From Octopus bimaculoides (taxonomy: Eukaryota): a DNA stretch of 64,000 nucleotides. The notes under the pieces are model-generated. The model saw only the letters and a list, made by a program, of their open reading frames with translations. It was not told the origin of the DNA and did not search any database. Positions 39,944 to 53,350 of this stretch are shown here, piece after piece. The DNA lies in assembly GCF_001194135.2 (NCBI RefSeq), contig NC_068992.1, positions 31,606,686 to 31,670,685 on the forward strand, given 5' to 3'. The position numbers were made by a program, and so were the translations under genes. Within the stretch, counting starts at the first letter, position 1; each line of letters opens with the position of its first letter.

Positions 39944-40355
39944 TTGTGCATACGTGGGTGCATACGTATTGTTTTAATTATAGCTTTTTACACGCACATA
40001 CACACATAATAAACTGTTACACCATTGGCTACCACAATCACAACTATCCAAAACTTCTTCATCACTCTTCCAACTTCATTTTCCTCTTAAAAAAGCTTTC
40101 CTCTACTTTGACAATATGTCGTACCACTGCACGGCTGTCTGCTAATATTGAGGATAGACATTCCACAGATAAAGTCCAGGATTATGTGAAAAAGTTTGAA
40201 GACCGTCAATAAACATCTTTCCATAAAAGTATTTAAAAAATTATTAGAAATTATAAAGAGAAAGGAATGGTAGATTCGGACTGTTTGTATTTGAAATCCT
40301 CGCATTTAGAAAAGGGAGCGGCGAATTATTTTTTGCATAATCATATCAATTTCAT

Positions 40356-41160
40356 TATATATATAAGGAATACCAAAATGGGACAAGAACGTAAAACATC
40401 CAGACACACGATACAAAAAACGAGGTCAGGTCATTCGGAATTTTCTTTTTTCAGTCGAGTTCAATCTTACCTTCATTTTATCAGTCCCTTCACAATTACT
40501 CCTTTCTTGCCACTCTTCTCTCTTTCGTTCCCCCTCTCTCACGTTTCTCGGCTTTCTCTTCATCCTCATCTTCCCTCCTCTTTCACTTCCCTCTGTCCCT
40601 TTTCTTTTTTCTCGTCCCTGCCCAATTCATCTATCCTTCTGCCTCTGCCTGTCTTCTCTCTCCGGTGTTCGGCCAAGCCTGCATTTTTCCTCTTGGTTCG
40701 ACTACCATCAGTGCAACAGCTATATTTCTCCATATGCCTGTCATCTCTTATGTCCCTGTTGTAAGGCTTCACTTCCGCGCACAGCAGCTTAATTTCATTC
40801 GTCCTTAGTCGAAAGATACCTGTTGTTAATGTCGTTTATTTGCATTCGCATTTCGGTACAATTTCTCTGTTTTGTTTTTTTCGTCCTCGTTTTCGTATGC
40901 ATTCGCTGCTTACTTCCAAGGAATCTAGTGCTCTTAGGTTACTTTTTCCTTCGGGCTGGCCAGATTGGAACAATCTCGAATATTGTCAGCCGATATTGCA
41001 AAGATAATCTGGAATTCGACTGAAGAAAGAAAACTCCGAATAACACGTCCTTGAGTTTTTTATGGCCTCTCTGGATATTTTGTTGTCCCTTTTTTGCATC
41101 ATCTACTTGTCTGGATGACTTACGTTCTAGTCCCATTTTTGGTATTCTCTATATATTTAT
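40356..41160. mobile_element. element with diverged ~110-160 bp inverted termini (PLE-like)
   Basis: 40366-40468 (GGAATACCAAAATGGGACAAGAACG...TTCGGAATTTTC..TCAGTCGAGTTC) is the reverse complement of about 41001-41150. CTGAAGA...CTCCGAA relic at 41020-41040. Confidence 0.55.
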
Positions 41161-41679
41161 ATATAGGCATTTGTGTGTGTGTGTGCGTGTGTGTGTGTCG
41201 GTGTGTTTGCTAGTGTCTTTTATTAGTTTTAGTTTTGTTTACTTACCCACATCAACAAATGATCCAATGAGGTATTCCCTGTGTGGCTGTTCAATTTGCT
41301 AGAAAAAATAGCCAAATCTCCCTCACACTATGCTCTTGTTAGTATTAAGGAAAGTGAAGAGTTTTACTCCTCTCCATCATTATGATTAAAACTAATATAT
41401 TTGATTTTGTTCGACTCTATCAATATAATTTTTTTATGTTTCTGTCCATTGCTTGATATAAGAAATTGGAAAATCCTGACCAAAACAGAGAAAATCTACC
41501 TTGACAATGTATATAGAAAGAGAAAGAATACTTTCTGTTTTCCAAAGCCAAACGATGTGTTTCTAGCTGGGGTGTAATTTTATAATTAAAACATTCAAAA
41601 TTTAAATTTCAGAACATAAGACTTACCACGTTATCAGGTGTATAGCTGCAGTTCGAATGGGTAAAAAATCTAAAACAAA

Positions 41680-41686
41680 TGTGTGT

Positions 41687-41766
<80 letters not shown>
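41680..41766. repeat. (TG)n microsatellite
   Basis: Directly visible. Confidence 0.95.
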
Positions 41767-41768
<2 letters not shown>

Positions 41769-41963
41769 CTGGGTCTTTAGTAGCCAGGGGTCAATTTAAG
41801 TTCAATCGCAGAAAGGAATTCAAATCGGCAACACACGCAATCATATGCATACAATCATAACCATACATAAGCACACATGTACAAATACATATCTATCATA
41901 CACTCCCAAAAGCCAGTTTGATCCAAAATTGTGACCACAACTTTTTAGATATTTGCACTCAAG

Positions 41964-42018
<55 letters not shown>

Positions 42019-42774
42019 TTAGCTTTTCACTATTCATCTGTTTTTAGTTATTTGTTTTGATGGTTTCACTCTAGCGACACCAGTTACTCATGTTACCATG
42101 AATTTGCTTGATGTCCTCAAAGAGGTAAAGTGTTTTTTATGGTTTTGAAAATTTGAAACAAAAAGCAGGGCTTTTTTTTCTTTTCAAACTGACTATCGCA
42201 GAGATGTGAAAATAGGGCTACTACTCGCTAACTTGAAATTAAACTTGCCAAAAACGAGGGTCTTCCAGCACCTCCAAGTCTCTTAAATCCCCCCTTGTAC
42301 CTCTTCGCTGCAAAACGTCACTCGAGCCATCCGAGGGACCATATGGCCCCTTTGAGAATCTCTGTACTAAATGAAAACGATCCTGGAAGCCTGACAGTCA
42401 TGTTACCCAGAAATCCCGCGAATTCATTGTATTATAGCGTATAAGAAGCTGCAATGCTTCAGTGGAAGTATTTATTTCACAAAAACTGAAAACTGAAGAT
42501 GTTTCCTACAGTATCGATGTATAAAATAACAAATGAAGAATGTAATAGGGACAAGCCTAAATAGGTAAATTACAGTGGAGAACCAAAAGAGATAAGAACA
42601 TTATTCCTGGCAGATATAATTGAACGCTGGCAGATATAATGGAACGTGAAAGGTATGGAAGTGGAGAGTTCCATCGTCACCCCAAGAACAAGTGTATCAG
42701 TATTATCAAGACCAGTGTAGATATTACAGGCAAAGGCACATATACCCACGCACACACACATACACAACGTACGA

Positions 42775-42808
<34 letters not shown>

Positions 42809-43409
42809 ACTCTATCACAAACACAACTGTCACATCATACATACCCACACGAAGGAAAATAAAAGTCATTTGCTACACAAGCTAAAAAAAACTAATAGAT
42901 CACATCCAGCAGCATCAAGCTTCGCACAAAATAACTCAATGCATTAAATTATCCCCATGGGACACAAAATCCATACAAATACACAACATCCCAAACAGAT
43001 AGGAGACTTCTGTGGAAATATTAACTAAAAAACTACTTGGGAAAAGTTATGCATACAGCCAAAAAAACAGCTCACCTCTCTCGCCACAAGATTATATTAA
43101 GTGGCTTTTCTAAAGTTTCGTTCTCTTAATATTTGTATCTAGACCTAGCAGTGTAAATGCACACGTATTGGTGTCCGTTAGAAGCAATTTATCCTGCTCA
43201 CCATCTTCCGGTTACTGGCTTGAGATGTTTTGGTAATCTGATAGAACGGAATCTCCGCACAAGAATCACTAAATTTCATACCAATTACCAAGGGATACGT
43301 GATGTACATATCTACAAAGCAAACAAGTCAATGATGTGAAGTATCTGTGTTGTTTTAAGAGGGTGTTGATGTACCAAAATTTAGAAGTATTATTATCATT
43401 ATGCTTAGC

Positions 43410-43625
43410 CCGGAAAGCTGACAGAATCGTTAGCATGCAGGACGAAATGCTTAGCAGTATTTCGCCCGTCGCTATGCACGAAGTTCAAATCCTGCCGAGG
43501 TTGCCATTGCTTTTGGGGGTCGATAAATTAAATATCACTGTAACACTAGTGTCGATGAAATCGTCTAATACCCTCCCCAAAGGTTTCAGGCCTTCAGTCT
43601 TTAACAGAAAGGATTATTATTATCA
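43410..43625 (+). mobile_element. SINE family B copy
   Basis: GCTGACAGAATCGTTAGCA...GAAATGCTTAGCAGTATTTCG...GTTCAAATCC.GCCGAGGT matches 12097-12200. Confidence 0.75.
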
Positions 43626-43636
43626 TTATGATTTTT

Positions 43637-43785
43637 AGGGTAGCGAGCTGTCAGAATCGCGAACTACCGATAAACATTTCGTTCGTCTTTGCACTTTGAG
43701 CTCAATTACTGCCAACGTCGATTTTGCCGTTCCTCTCTTTGAGGATTTGTAAAATAATCAACAGCTGAGCACCGGTGTCGATCGT
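43637..43785 (+). mobile_element. SINE family B copy, diverged, tandem to the previous one
   Basis: GGTAGCGAGCTGTCAGAATCG...GAGCTCAATTACTGCC..CGTCGATTTTGCC. Confidence 0.6.
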
Positions 43786-44544
43786 GGATAAAAGACTTTT
43801 ATAATGAATGACTATCAATGTGACAAAGAATCTCTAGTTATCCCGACCAAAAATAGTTCAAACCATACAAATAAAATTTTAAAATATATTAAGTGCTAGT
43901 GCCTATGTAGTGCCTCTAAAAATGTACATAGGATATGTCAGTGATAAATTAATAAAAATACTGGATTTCGCCGGCCGTATTACATTTTCACTTAACAAGA
44001 ACAATTATACCCACCTAACGCTTGAGAACGAAATTAAATTGCTTTCTTCACGCCTGTAGCAAATGCATTAGGAATCTTTACTTTTACTCAGCATAATATA
44101 TGTTCAAAAAGTGAAGAAATATATCGTTTTCCCTAACTATCAATTTCTTTACAATTCCAAATATAAATAAATTTCTGATTTTTTTTTTAATATAAATTAA
44201 TCACACCAATTGTCTTTGCGGTGAAATATAAATCAAATTGTATCCACCCTGATCAAAATAACCTTAATGGAATGCACAAAATTTTTACATATCTTTATTA
44301 AATTAAGATGTTTCCAATGCATAGCAATATCCGAAGGTGAAATACCGTAATGAATAAATAAATTTTATTCTTACATGAGAATTGTACATTACGTCTAATT
44401 AATTGTTACACAGCAAAAACAAATTATTGCTAAGATTTTTTTTTTATAAATGCAAATTCTTCCAAGCTTAATTATAATAACATTGAACGTATGTAATGAG
44501 TTGATGAATGTTATTTCAGTAGCGGACGTCATTATTCTGCAGTC

Positions 44545-45799
44545 ATGAAGAAGCACCACTTTGGATGATTTTAGTCAAGCGAATCGCCTCAAGCACTTAT
44601 TTTCGTTAAAGCCTGGTACTTATTCTATGAGCCTCTTTTGCTGAATTGCTATGTTACAGGCACCTAAATACATCACAACAGTTACCAACCGGTGATGGGG
44701 AACATACATGAAGACGAAAATTCACAAACACACACACACACACATACATGCTGTCTGATCAATAAGTATCCGGACTGTTGCCAAAATAACGAAGTTAAAG
44801 AACGCTGCCGCTTAGCCCAGATTGATCTGGAACTCTGCTGTGCATGCAAACTATGGTTTAACGTTCTAATTCACTTCCGTTGTTTAGAGCAGTAATTGGT
44901 AGGAATATGTGTAGTACGTGGTCATCGCATTAAACATCGCATTTATCTAAATCAGATAAAGCCAAAAGCTTGGCGATACATGCTGAAAGGCCTACGCAAA
45001 GTTGTATATACTGTATGGAGAAGAATGTATGAGCCGAATAAATGTCGATAGTGACGAAAGTACTGGGAGACCCGCAACCAACACAACTGAAAAAAACATC
45101 GCAGATGTGCGTGCAGGTATGACGGGAAATAGTGGAATCACCACACGTGAGTTATCAGAGAATGTGCAGTTTAGTTACGGTTCAGTTCAATCCTTTATCA
45201 CTAGATATTTGGTTATGAGACGTGTGTCTACCAAGTTTGTGCCACGACTGTTTTCACCTGACAACGCGCCTCTCCATTGTGCAGCTTGGGAAGAAGATTT
45301 TGGCTAGGCACAGCATTCTCCAGGTCCGACAGCCACCGTATTCTTCAGATCTCGCTCCTTGCGACTCTTTCGTCTTTCCAAAAATCATATCCCTCTTGAA
45401 AGGAAGAAGATTTCAGGACGTCGATGAAATCAAAATGAATGCAACGAGGCAGCTACTGATTAACTCAGAAAACAAGTTTCAGGAATGCTGTCATCAAGGG
45501 AAACAACGCTGGATCAAATGTGTGGCTTCTGACGAGGACTACTTTGAAGGAGATTAAATGCCAAATTGTTACGTGTTGTAGTTTTGGGATTATAGCACTA
45601 GTCCGGATCGTTATTGATCAGATCTCGGATATACATGATGGACTTCTTTCAGTTTCCATTTGTAATATCCACTCTTAAGGTTTTGGCCGGCCTCAGACTG
45701 TAGTAGACGACATATACTCTTTATGCCACGCAGTGGGACTGAAGCTGGATCCATGTGGTTGGGAAGCAAATTTCTTACCTCACAGCCAATCCTGCGCCC
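44545..45799 (-). mobile_element. SINE family A copy split by a mariner insertion
   Basis: 3' half at 44545-44746 and 5' half at 45630-45799 (minus strand starts GGCGCAGGATTGGCTGTGAGGTAAG and contains GGAAACTGAAAGAAG). Joined, the halves match 50095-50412. Confidence 0.75.
44749..45627 (+). mobile_element. internally deleted mariner with both TIRs
   Basis: TIR core 44754-44776 / 45600-45622 (21/23 complementary). Translation GRPATNTT...KFVPRLFSPDNAPLH and PPYSSDLAPCDSFVFPK...RWIKCVASDEDYFEGD*. Confidence 0.9.
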
Positions 45800-46896
45800 A
45801 AATATGTTATGACCTTTCCTTGGAGCTTTAACATTTTTGTAAGAATTCGACAAAGATTTCTTCTTATGTTTTTTTTTTAATCTATACTAAATAAATTGTA
45901 ATGTTTTAATTTCCAAAGCAATTAAATAGTAGCGTAAGTGAAAACGTTTCACACAATACATTCTATAATTTTTAGAAGCATTTTCATTATTTTCCGCATA
46001 GTAACCGTTCTTTACTCTTTGGTTTGTTCGTATGTATGAAATTTTCCTACTTCTCTTTTAAAACTGTCATATCAGTAGATTCATTGTGGCCACAAAATTG
46101 TGCAGAATATCTGATATATGAATGTGAAGAGTGCTTTCACTATCTGCGTATTGACAATTTGAAAGTTTTTCGTCTTTATAGAAACGGTGACATAATCATC
46201 GTTATATTTAAGTTGATATTTGCGTAATGCATCGCTCCTGTTTAAGTCTTTCACTCATCAAAAGTATTTATTCGTCACTCATTTTTATGTTTGCCACTGC
46301 TGTCGCTTGATTTCATGTGCTTTCTCTGATGTAGCTTCATAAACATCATTACTACCTTAAAATAATATATTTGACTTGAATCCATTATTTCATATTAGTT
46401 ATTTATTCACGTTCATTTTTTTCCTTTATTTATCATGGCGTCTAAAAATGACGTATCAAATGCTCTATCATCCTAATACACCACTTCATAAATACGTCCA
46501 CTTGTTCGACCTATCCATCGATACTGTGTTACTTACATTGTATTGCTTGATTGTCATTACTACTATTTAAGATATTCATTCATTCGTTAAATGAAGTTGC
46601 ACAAAATATTTCAATACCATATAAGTTCATACATTGAGATTCTATAAAACACATCAGAGTAATATAGTTTCATATATTCTTCAGATTTATATATTCTTTA
46701 GATTCTAGATTTGCGATAACTCTCTGAAAATGGTTTTCAAAGTTAGAGTAAGCCTTATTCTTAGGTACCGTAAACGTATTCCTTGAAATACTGGATAGCA
46801 ACCCTTATTTAGTACTTTGTAAGCCCCTAAATAAATATTGTAAACCTCAAGCATTTTCGTATTTTGGCAACCCTTTATTGTTAAACTTCTGAAAGG

Positions 46897-47115
46897 AGGT
46901 GAGCTAGCAGAACAGTGACGGCAGGGCATAAAATGTTTGGCGTCGTTTCTTCTGGCTTTACGTTCTGCGTTCAAATTCCACCGAGGTTAAATTTGCTATC
47001 ATTTCGATGTCGATAAAATATTTATATCTATTTTCAAGATCAGCACTGGTGTCTACATAATTGACTACCCCTCTCCAAACGTTCAGCTTTTATGCCTATA
47101 TTAGAAACGATAATT
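46897..47115 (+). mobile_element. SINE family B copy
   Basis: GGAGGTGAGCTAGCAGAAC...CGTTCTGCGTTCAAATTCCACCGAGGT matches the family B head. Confidence 0.7.
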
Positions 47116-48312
47116 AAATTTGTAAATAGAAGCATTCTTGAAGTACATCTGTATAGCAGTTAAAGAAAATTGAAAATTGTATGTAAAAATGTTTGATTAT
47201 TAATCATAATTAACGTTAATACTTTGGTGTAAACATTGCAATAAACACTAACGTTAGTATAATTGTGTATTGGGGAAAACAGGAATGTATTCTGTCCATG
47301 CTGTTTAATTATAAACGTATACAAGAATATCGCGTTTCCATTACGCAAAGTAATTATTATCAAGCTAAAGATGTGACAAATATGAACACATTTATCATGC
47401 TAGAAACAGTAAATGTATATTCTAAACACTCTACTATCTTAATGAACACATTCAATAATCTTCTCAATTACACGCGATGATGGAATTAAAAATGATGTAT
47501 CATCATGGCTGTAATGCCTTTCCTTAAAAGTATTACCGATTAAAATTGAACTGTCGGTAACAAAGACAACATTAACAACAATATATTACAGCTGAACAAA
47601 GAATAATTGACTAAATATAAGGGAATATTGTGTTGGATCTCAACACTTTCACTCCAATAACGATCTTCCTTCAATATGAATTAATATATGTCTCGTATCA
47701 AACTAATGAACTATAGTGTATAAAATATGCCAGGCGAAAACTGGGATATTATTACGCTCATTCAGCTGAAAGTAGGTGCTCTCAATAAGTTCATATAAAG
47801 TAAAGCTGCGCGAATGGTCTGTTTCTTATCACACAAATAGCCACTTAGATTTCCAATCATGCATAGCGGGGGCAACGTGCAGGTATCAGATCTACTAATC
47901 ATAAAACTCATTTCCATATGAATACTACGAGTAAACAACTTTAAAATATATTGAAATATATCTTATAGAAAAAGCAATTAAGTCCCCTTCAGTGAATAGT
48001 TCCTTTGATGGAAATAAATTATAACCAATTTAATTAGTTTTATATCGACTGGATGATATTATAATAATTAAATGATTCTCGTAACTTTCAAGCTACTGAC
48101 AGTTAGGCTGACATGATTTAATATGACGAACTGATCTCATTAATATCAGTGGGTGTCGAAAAATCGCATACAATAATGATAAATACGAAAATGCAAAAGA
48201 AAATCCGGATAATTTTGTCTAGCCTCCAAAAATGTTAAGAGTGAAATTTTTAAATGATTTTCAAAAATATGTTGTTTAAGATTCATTTTGTAACTTGGGA
48301 AATTCTGTTTAG

Positions 48313-49530
48313 TACGAAGGTCGGCAGAAAAAAATCGTAATCACAGGGAATTTCACTAAATGAGGTTTTTTCAACATAGTCTCCTTTGCGTTCCACACAC
48401 TTATTCTGTAGATGTTGCAATGCTTCAATCCCAATGGTTAAGAAGTATTCATACCATTGTTCAAAAACTTATCAACTGCAAATGTGACGTCATCATGTCA
48501 CGTTACTGGTTCGTAACCAAGACGTTTTTATGTTGGGGAACATATGACAACAGGATGGGACTAAATCAGGAGAAAAGGGACGGTGATCAACCAGTTCAAA
48601 GCCACAAAGAAGCACGGCAGCTATTAAAAGAACTTGTGTATTGGAACATTATCCCGAAGAAACGAGACAACTTTTAACTGTGTTCCCGTGTGTTTGAGTT
48701 TGATAGACGACCGTAATTGTCTCAGCAAGTTGGCATAGTACTCTTCATTGATGGTATAATACTTTTGAAGATAGTCAATTAATACAATTCCTTTTGCATC
48801 CCCAAAAGACTGAGACTATCTTCCCTGTACATTATTTATATTTCATGGATATTTGCCCTCATCTTGGGTATATCGGACGTAACGTTGTGTTAACAACAAA
48901 CAAGACGAGGACAAATATCCGTCAAATGTAAATAATGTACATAATTCCTCATCTCTTAAATATTGAACTGTATTATCTTCCCAGTAGAAGAAACTGGCTT
49001 AGCCTTCTTTGTATCATGTAAGATGGGGCGTTTCCACTGCATGGATTGCTTATTTGTGTCTCGAACAATGTGACGAACTCAAAACTGACCCTGGTTTAGG
49101 AAACCGGCATGATCTGATTCAGACAATGTCAGTTTTTCCTGTGACACGATGTGCTTGATGCACTTTTCATCTAATCTCAGAAGGCGAAGCACCTACACAG
49201 AAGAAAATTCTGACGTACCTCATTCATTTTGCATTACATAGTGACGTCCATCATAGGCCATTTGATTTTTAGTCAATCGCCCGTAATCCATCACCATATG
49301 TTGAACACGTCTATGTTTTCCATGGTGGTAGTAGTTGCTGGGCGTCCAGACCTTGTGATGTCTTCAAAACTTTCCCTTCCACTCCTACTTTCGTATATGT
49401 GCTGAAAATTAACGTGTTACACCGATGTAGATATTCAATGATATACTTTGAAACTAATATGCAAGTGATGCATTGAAAATATTTCTACCGACATTATTTA
49501 CAATTTTAATAAATGACTGTTCAACCGTAC
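48313..49530 (-). mobile_element. mariner, decayed, interrupted by a 148-bp insertion
   Basis: TACGAAGG terminus. The minus strand encodes a GIEALQ...KCVERKGDYVEK*-type C-terminus, with further transposase-like relics upstream. Confidence 0.7.
48826..48973. mobile_element. 148-bp hairpin-forming insertion with a 9-bp target-site duplication
   Basis: TSD TATCTTCCC at 48817-48825 and 48974-48982. Internal inverted arms 48827-48866 / 48901-48940 (35/40). Confidence 0.8.
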
Positions 49531-50094
49531 ATTTTTGAAACACAACTACAGTCCGATTAACAGTATTTTAAAAGAGCGTATCAGTACATAAAATAATTTT
49601 TCCTGCTTATCGTAGTAAGAATATTATTTCCATCGCAAATAGGCAATTTCACATGGTGTGCCCCTTTTATCGTTGCTTTTGCTTAGATTGTCGCTGTTGC
49701 TCCATATATTGGTAGGCAGGAGATTTAGATAGCACGCTGTAGTAATGAATACTTCATGCTGCGAAAGCACAAAACCTGTCAAAATCACTTGATACAACGG
49801 TTTCACCGCCAGTGTGGAACAGCTTCATCTTCTACTAATATTTCTATACATAATGGACTAAATATCAATACGAAAAAATTTCTGAGGACCAATGTCGGCG
49901 CTGTAAAATGTCTTTTAATATTTCCACGTAGAGTGGATAACATTTTGAATTATTAATTTGTGTGCACGGTTCATTTGTTAGAGGTTGAGTTGTTGAAATA
50001 CAAGTGCATCTTTAATTAATATTCATAAAATACCATGGAGCATTCCAGAGAAATTGCAGGGCAGATGACCGCAAAATCATAACAAATGTATTTC

Positions 50095-50412
50095 ACTATA
50101 ATCCCTGACCGACCAATCATTGTGAGTAGATTTGGTAGAAAGAAACTGAAAGAAGCCAGTCGTATATATATATGTGCGTGTGTGTGTGTTTGTGTTTGCG
50201 CGTTCGTGTGTGTTCGTGCGTGAGCACGTGTCTTTGTGATGTATTTGTCTCCCACCACCGCTTGATAACCGGTGTTGGTGCGTTTACACTCCGTAACGTA
50301 GCGGTCCTGTCTAGGTGACCGAAAGAGAAGGTATTGGGCATACAATAAGTCCTGGGGTTGGTTTGTGCGACAGAAACCCTTCAAGGTGGTGCCTCTAAAA
50401 CAAGTGAAAGAT
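50095..50412 (+). mobile_element. SINE family A copy (5'-truncated)
   Basis: GATTTGGTAGA..GAAACTGAAAGAAGCC, an internal (TA)/(TG) tract, then CCGCTTGATAACCGG...AAGTCCTGGGGT...AAACAAGTGAAAGA. Confidence 0.8.
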
Positions 50413-50542
50413 AGCAGCTATCCATAACTGTCCATAATGTATAAGGTAAATAAACTCTTGAACCATAAATATGAAACAAAAATCAGCTACCTCAATTCAA
50501 TGACACCTCTACTACAAGATAGAAAATTGTGATACTCGCGCA

Positions 50543-50587
50543 GCATGAAAATACGCAATGAAAATACGCAATGAAAATACGCAATGA
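50543..50587. repeat. 13-bp tandem repeat (GCAATGAAAATAC), about 3.5 copies
   Basis: Directly visible. Confidence 0.85.
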
Positions 50588-52299
50588 TAGATATTATAGG
50601 ACCAAGAAGAGAATTAAATATATTTTTATTTGTTTCATGCATTGATATCAACCGTATATTAGACACATGTGCATACAACGTTAAATAATGATTCGTAAAA
50701 TGTGTGTAATTATTATTTTGACAATAAGATTAAATATAAAATGACATACATCAAACATGGTTTTGTTGAATACGGAGTTGCAGTACAACTACAACGGCAA
50801 AACGATATAACAAATTCCAGGAAAACGTCGGTTATAGGAGCTGTTATGGAACAAGTTAGGAAGTGTGTTGGCGCAGTAGAAGCATTGAAATATCTGACAT
50901 TAATTATGCATGCAGGAAATGTTCAAATGCAATATGTAAAATTATTTTCAGCAATCTGCGGGTTAAAAATATATCATATTCGGTAAGAAGTCGGGAGAAT
51001 TACACAGACAATGATGAAAGAGACCCCTCTAATAGAAGTGACAATATAGAAACGTCCAAAGTAGGAACTACAAAGGAACAAACGGAAACGAGAAAAAAAC
51101 AGATTTATTTACTTTCTTCTGGGAATTTGAGATATTTCAAAATAAAAGTAAGAATGTTTTGAAATACATATGAAGCTATGAATAAGTTGCCGTGACATAT
51201 CAGAAAAATAAAATAAATGGGGGATTATGATAGGAAGTCAGATATGGGAGTCAAATCACGTGTCTATCGTAAGCGGAGCCATCGTGATACCACTGATATA
51301 AACAAATACACGCAAATCTTCGGTCATACATGTTTAGACCATCTATTGCTTTATTTTGAACCGTTGAGGAATTGGAAACTCATTCATTTCGGAACGTTAA
51401 AACGCAAACGGGTATAAATAACGTCTTGGAAGGGAAAGCGGACAATAATAAGAAAAATCGAACCAAGTATAATGTTTCCCAAAAAGTGCGGTAGTGTGAG
51501 ACAAAATATCTTGCAGACATAAGTCTGTCTAAACTGAGAACATTTACTGTACTGTTAAGTTTTTCTAAAATTATATTAGTTCTTATGAAACATTAGGACG
51601 AATGAAGTCAGTATTTTACTTAAAGGTACATGAAATTGATCTCAAACACCTATAGCTGTTTAGCACTACTAGCTGCCTGATAAACAGCTCTGCTTAATCT
51701 ACTCAAAAAAGATCTGAAGGAATTGAAACATCTGTGATAATTGCGCATTTGACTGTGGAGGTTCACTAAGATACGGCGGAATTATGATCTGATGCATTAT
51801 GTAATTCTGTATGTTTTTGTGAGGAAGTGGTATTTTTACTAGATAAAGTGTGGTCAAATATATATAAATATGTTTGATGTCGGGATGGCTGTTGGAAAAC
51901 ATAAAAATTATGTACCACTATTATTCTATTTGCCAATACCTCTGTAAAACATCCACACTGATGTATATCTATATATTACGCCCCTTTCCAAATATTTGTT
52001 CATCACCAAAGCCTATTGTATACTGTCCCTCTAGATGTGTTTCCAATGTTAAAGCTAAATGAAAAGCAAGTCCATATGTAACATTTGTAATTAAGCTAAT
52101 TTGTCAAAACCCGATAATGAGAAAAAAGTATTGAACGTAAAAGATATTAGCTTGGCAGATGAATTCAATCCTTTCTGTACAATGACATTTAATTTAACCC
52201 GAATATGTTCATCATAGTGTGTTATGGTTTTTGTTGCTCTATCATTCTTCTACAACTTTGTTTAATGTTTTTCAAATTCGAACTGTATAGTCAACTTTC

Positions 52300-53350
52300 T
52301 TTAGGCATATGACAATCGAGTGCCAAGTACAAAAATAAAGCATTAACAGCATTTGCTTCTCTTCCATTTCCATAGTTTGGAGGGCTGCGAAAACCGCTCA
52401 AAACATATGTACTGTGTACGGAGAACTGGTTATTGATGAAAGAAATGCGCAGTGAAGTTTTTTTTTATGATTCAAAGTGGGAAAACGCAACCTCACAAAC
52501 TCACCGCACTCCATCGGACCTATTCAATAAAGCGAAGGTCTTTTTGTATGATCTCACGAGAATGCACGCCAAATCATTGGGTAAATGTCCCAGCAGTTGA
52601 GAATATCATATGATACCGTCGTCTGTTATCTTCATTTGACAGCTAGGATCCAAGAATTCAGTGCATGTGTGCCACAAGCTCTATCCACATTCCAGTTCTA
52701 CAATGCCATTAGTTAGCTCACTTTTTACGATGTTATTTGGGAATACGGAAATTGTTTTCCAACGATGTCATTAGTAATAAGAAATTGTACTGTTATATCA
52801 ATATTAATCAGAGCACAGAATGTCCTGATATGAAAGCAACATCTGGAATTATGCCAGAGTAGCATTCATACAGGACAATTATATATATGTTTTTCTTTAG
52901 TCGAACTGGGATGGGCTAATCCATTATAAAATACATACAAAGAAAGTCATGATGACTGAAGATCTCTAAGCCTATGAATCGATCAGGGAAACAGTCCAGC
53001 TGAAACGATTCAACGAGCGACACACTATGTTTCTCCAGCAAAGGAATGTTCTCAACTCACTCGTTGCTTATTTGACCAAAATTGTAACTCTGGAGCTCCG
53101 TTAAGAGACTCTACCACGCCCAACGTTTATCCTCGCATACTGTCCTCAGATTATTACCTTTTGCGGACAATTTCCAAATGACAGCGAGACGTTTCGTTCA
53201 ACAATGACGAGGAGTTCAGATTATTCATCGACGATTTTATCAAGTCGAGAGCCAGTCATTTGTAATGCAACGGCAATGATAACCAAATTCAACTTTGAAC
53301 AAAATCATGAACGAGAAATGGGAATATTTTATTGACTGATTTGTTAAAAG
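52300..53350 (+). mobile_element. mariner, heavily decayed
   Basis: AAKTAQNICTVYGELVIDERNAQ (HTH) near 52383. LYHAQRLSSHTVLRLLP, which reframes to LPHP.YSP..PSDYYL, near 53110. NGNIF.D-type end near 53320. Confidence 0.65.

Noticed and set aside
38026-42365. hAT-like termini CAAAGGTTCTCAAC (about 38026) and TTGAGAATCTCTG (about 42352) as ends of one 4.3-kb element
   Set aside because: No 8-bp TSD or transposase was found between them, so they are more likely ends of separate short elements.
42608-42647. 20-bp tandem duplication CTGGCAGATATAAT(T/G)GAACG
   Set aside because: This is an ordinary local slippage duplication with no further structure.
50860-50950. C..C...C motif (VCWR...YACRKCSNAIC) like a piggyBac cysteine-rich domain
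   Set aside because: Too short, and no transposase core or TTAA termini were found.
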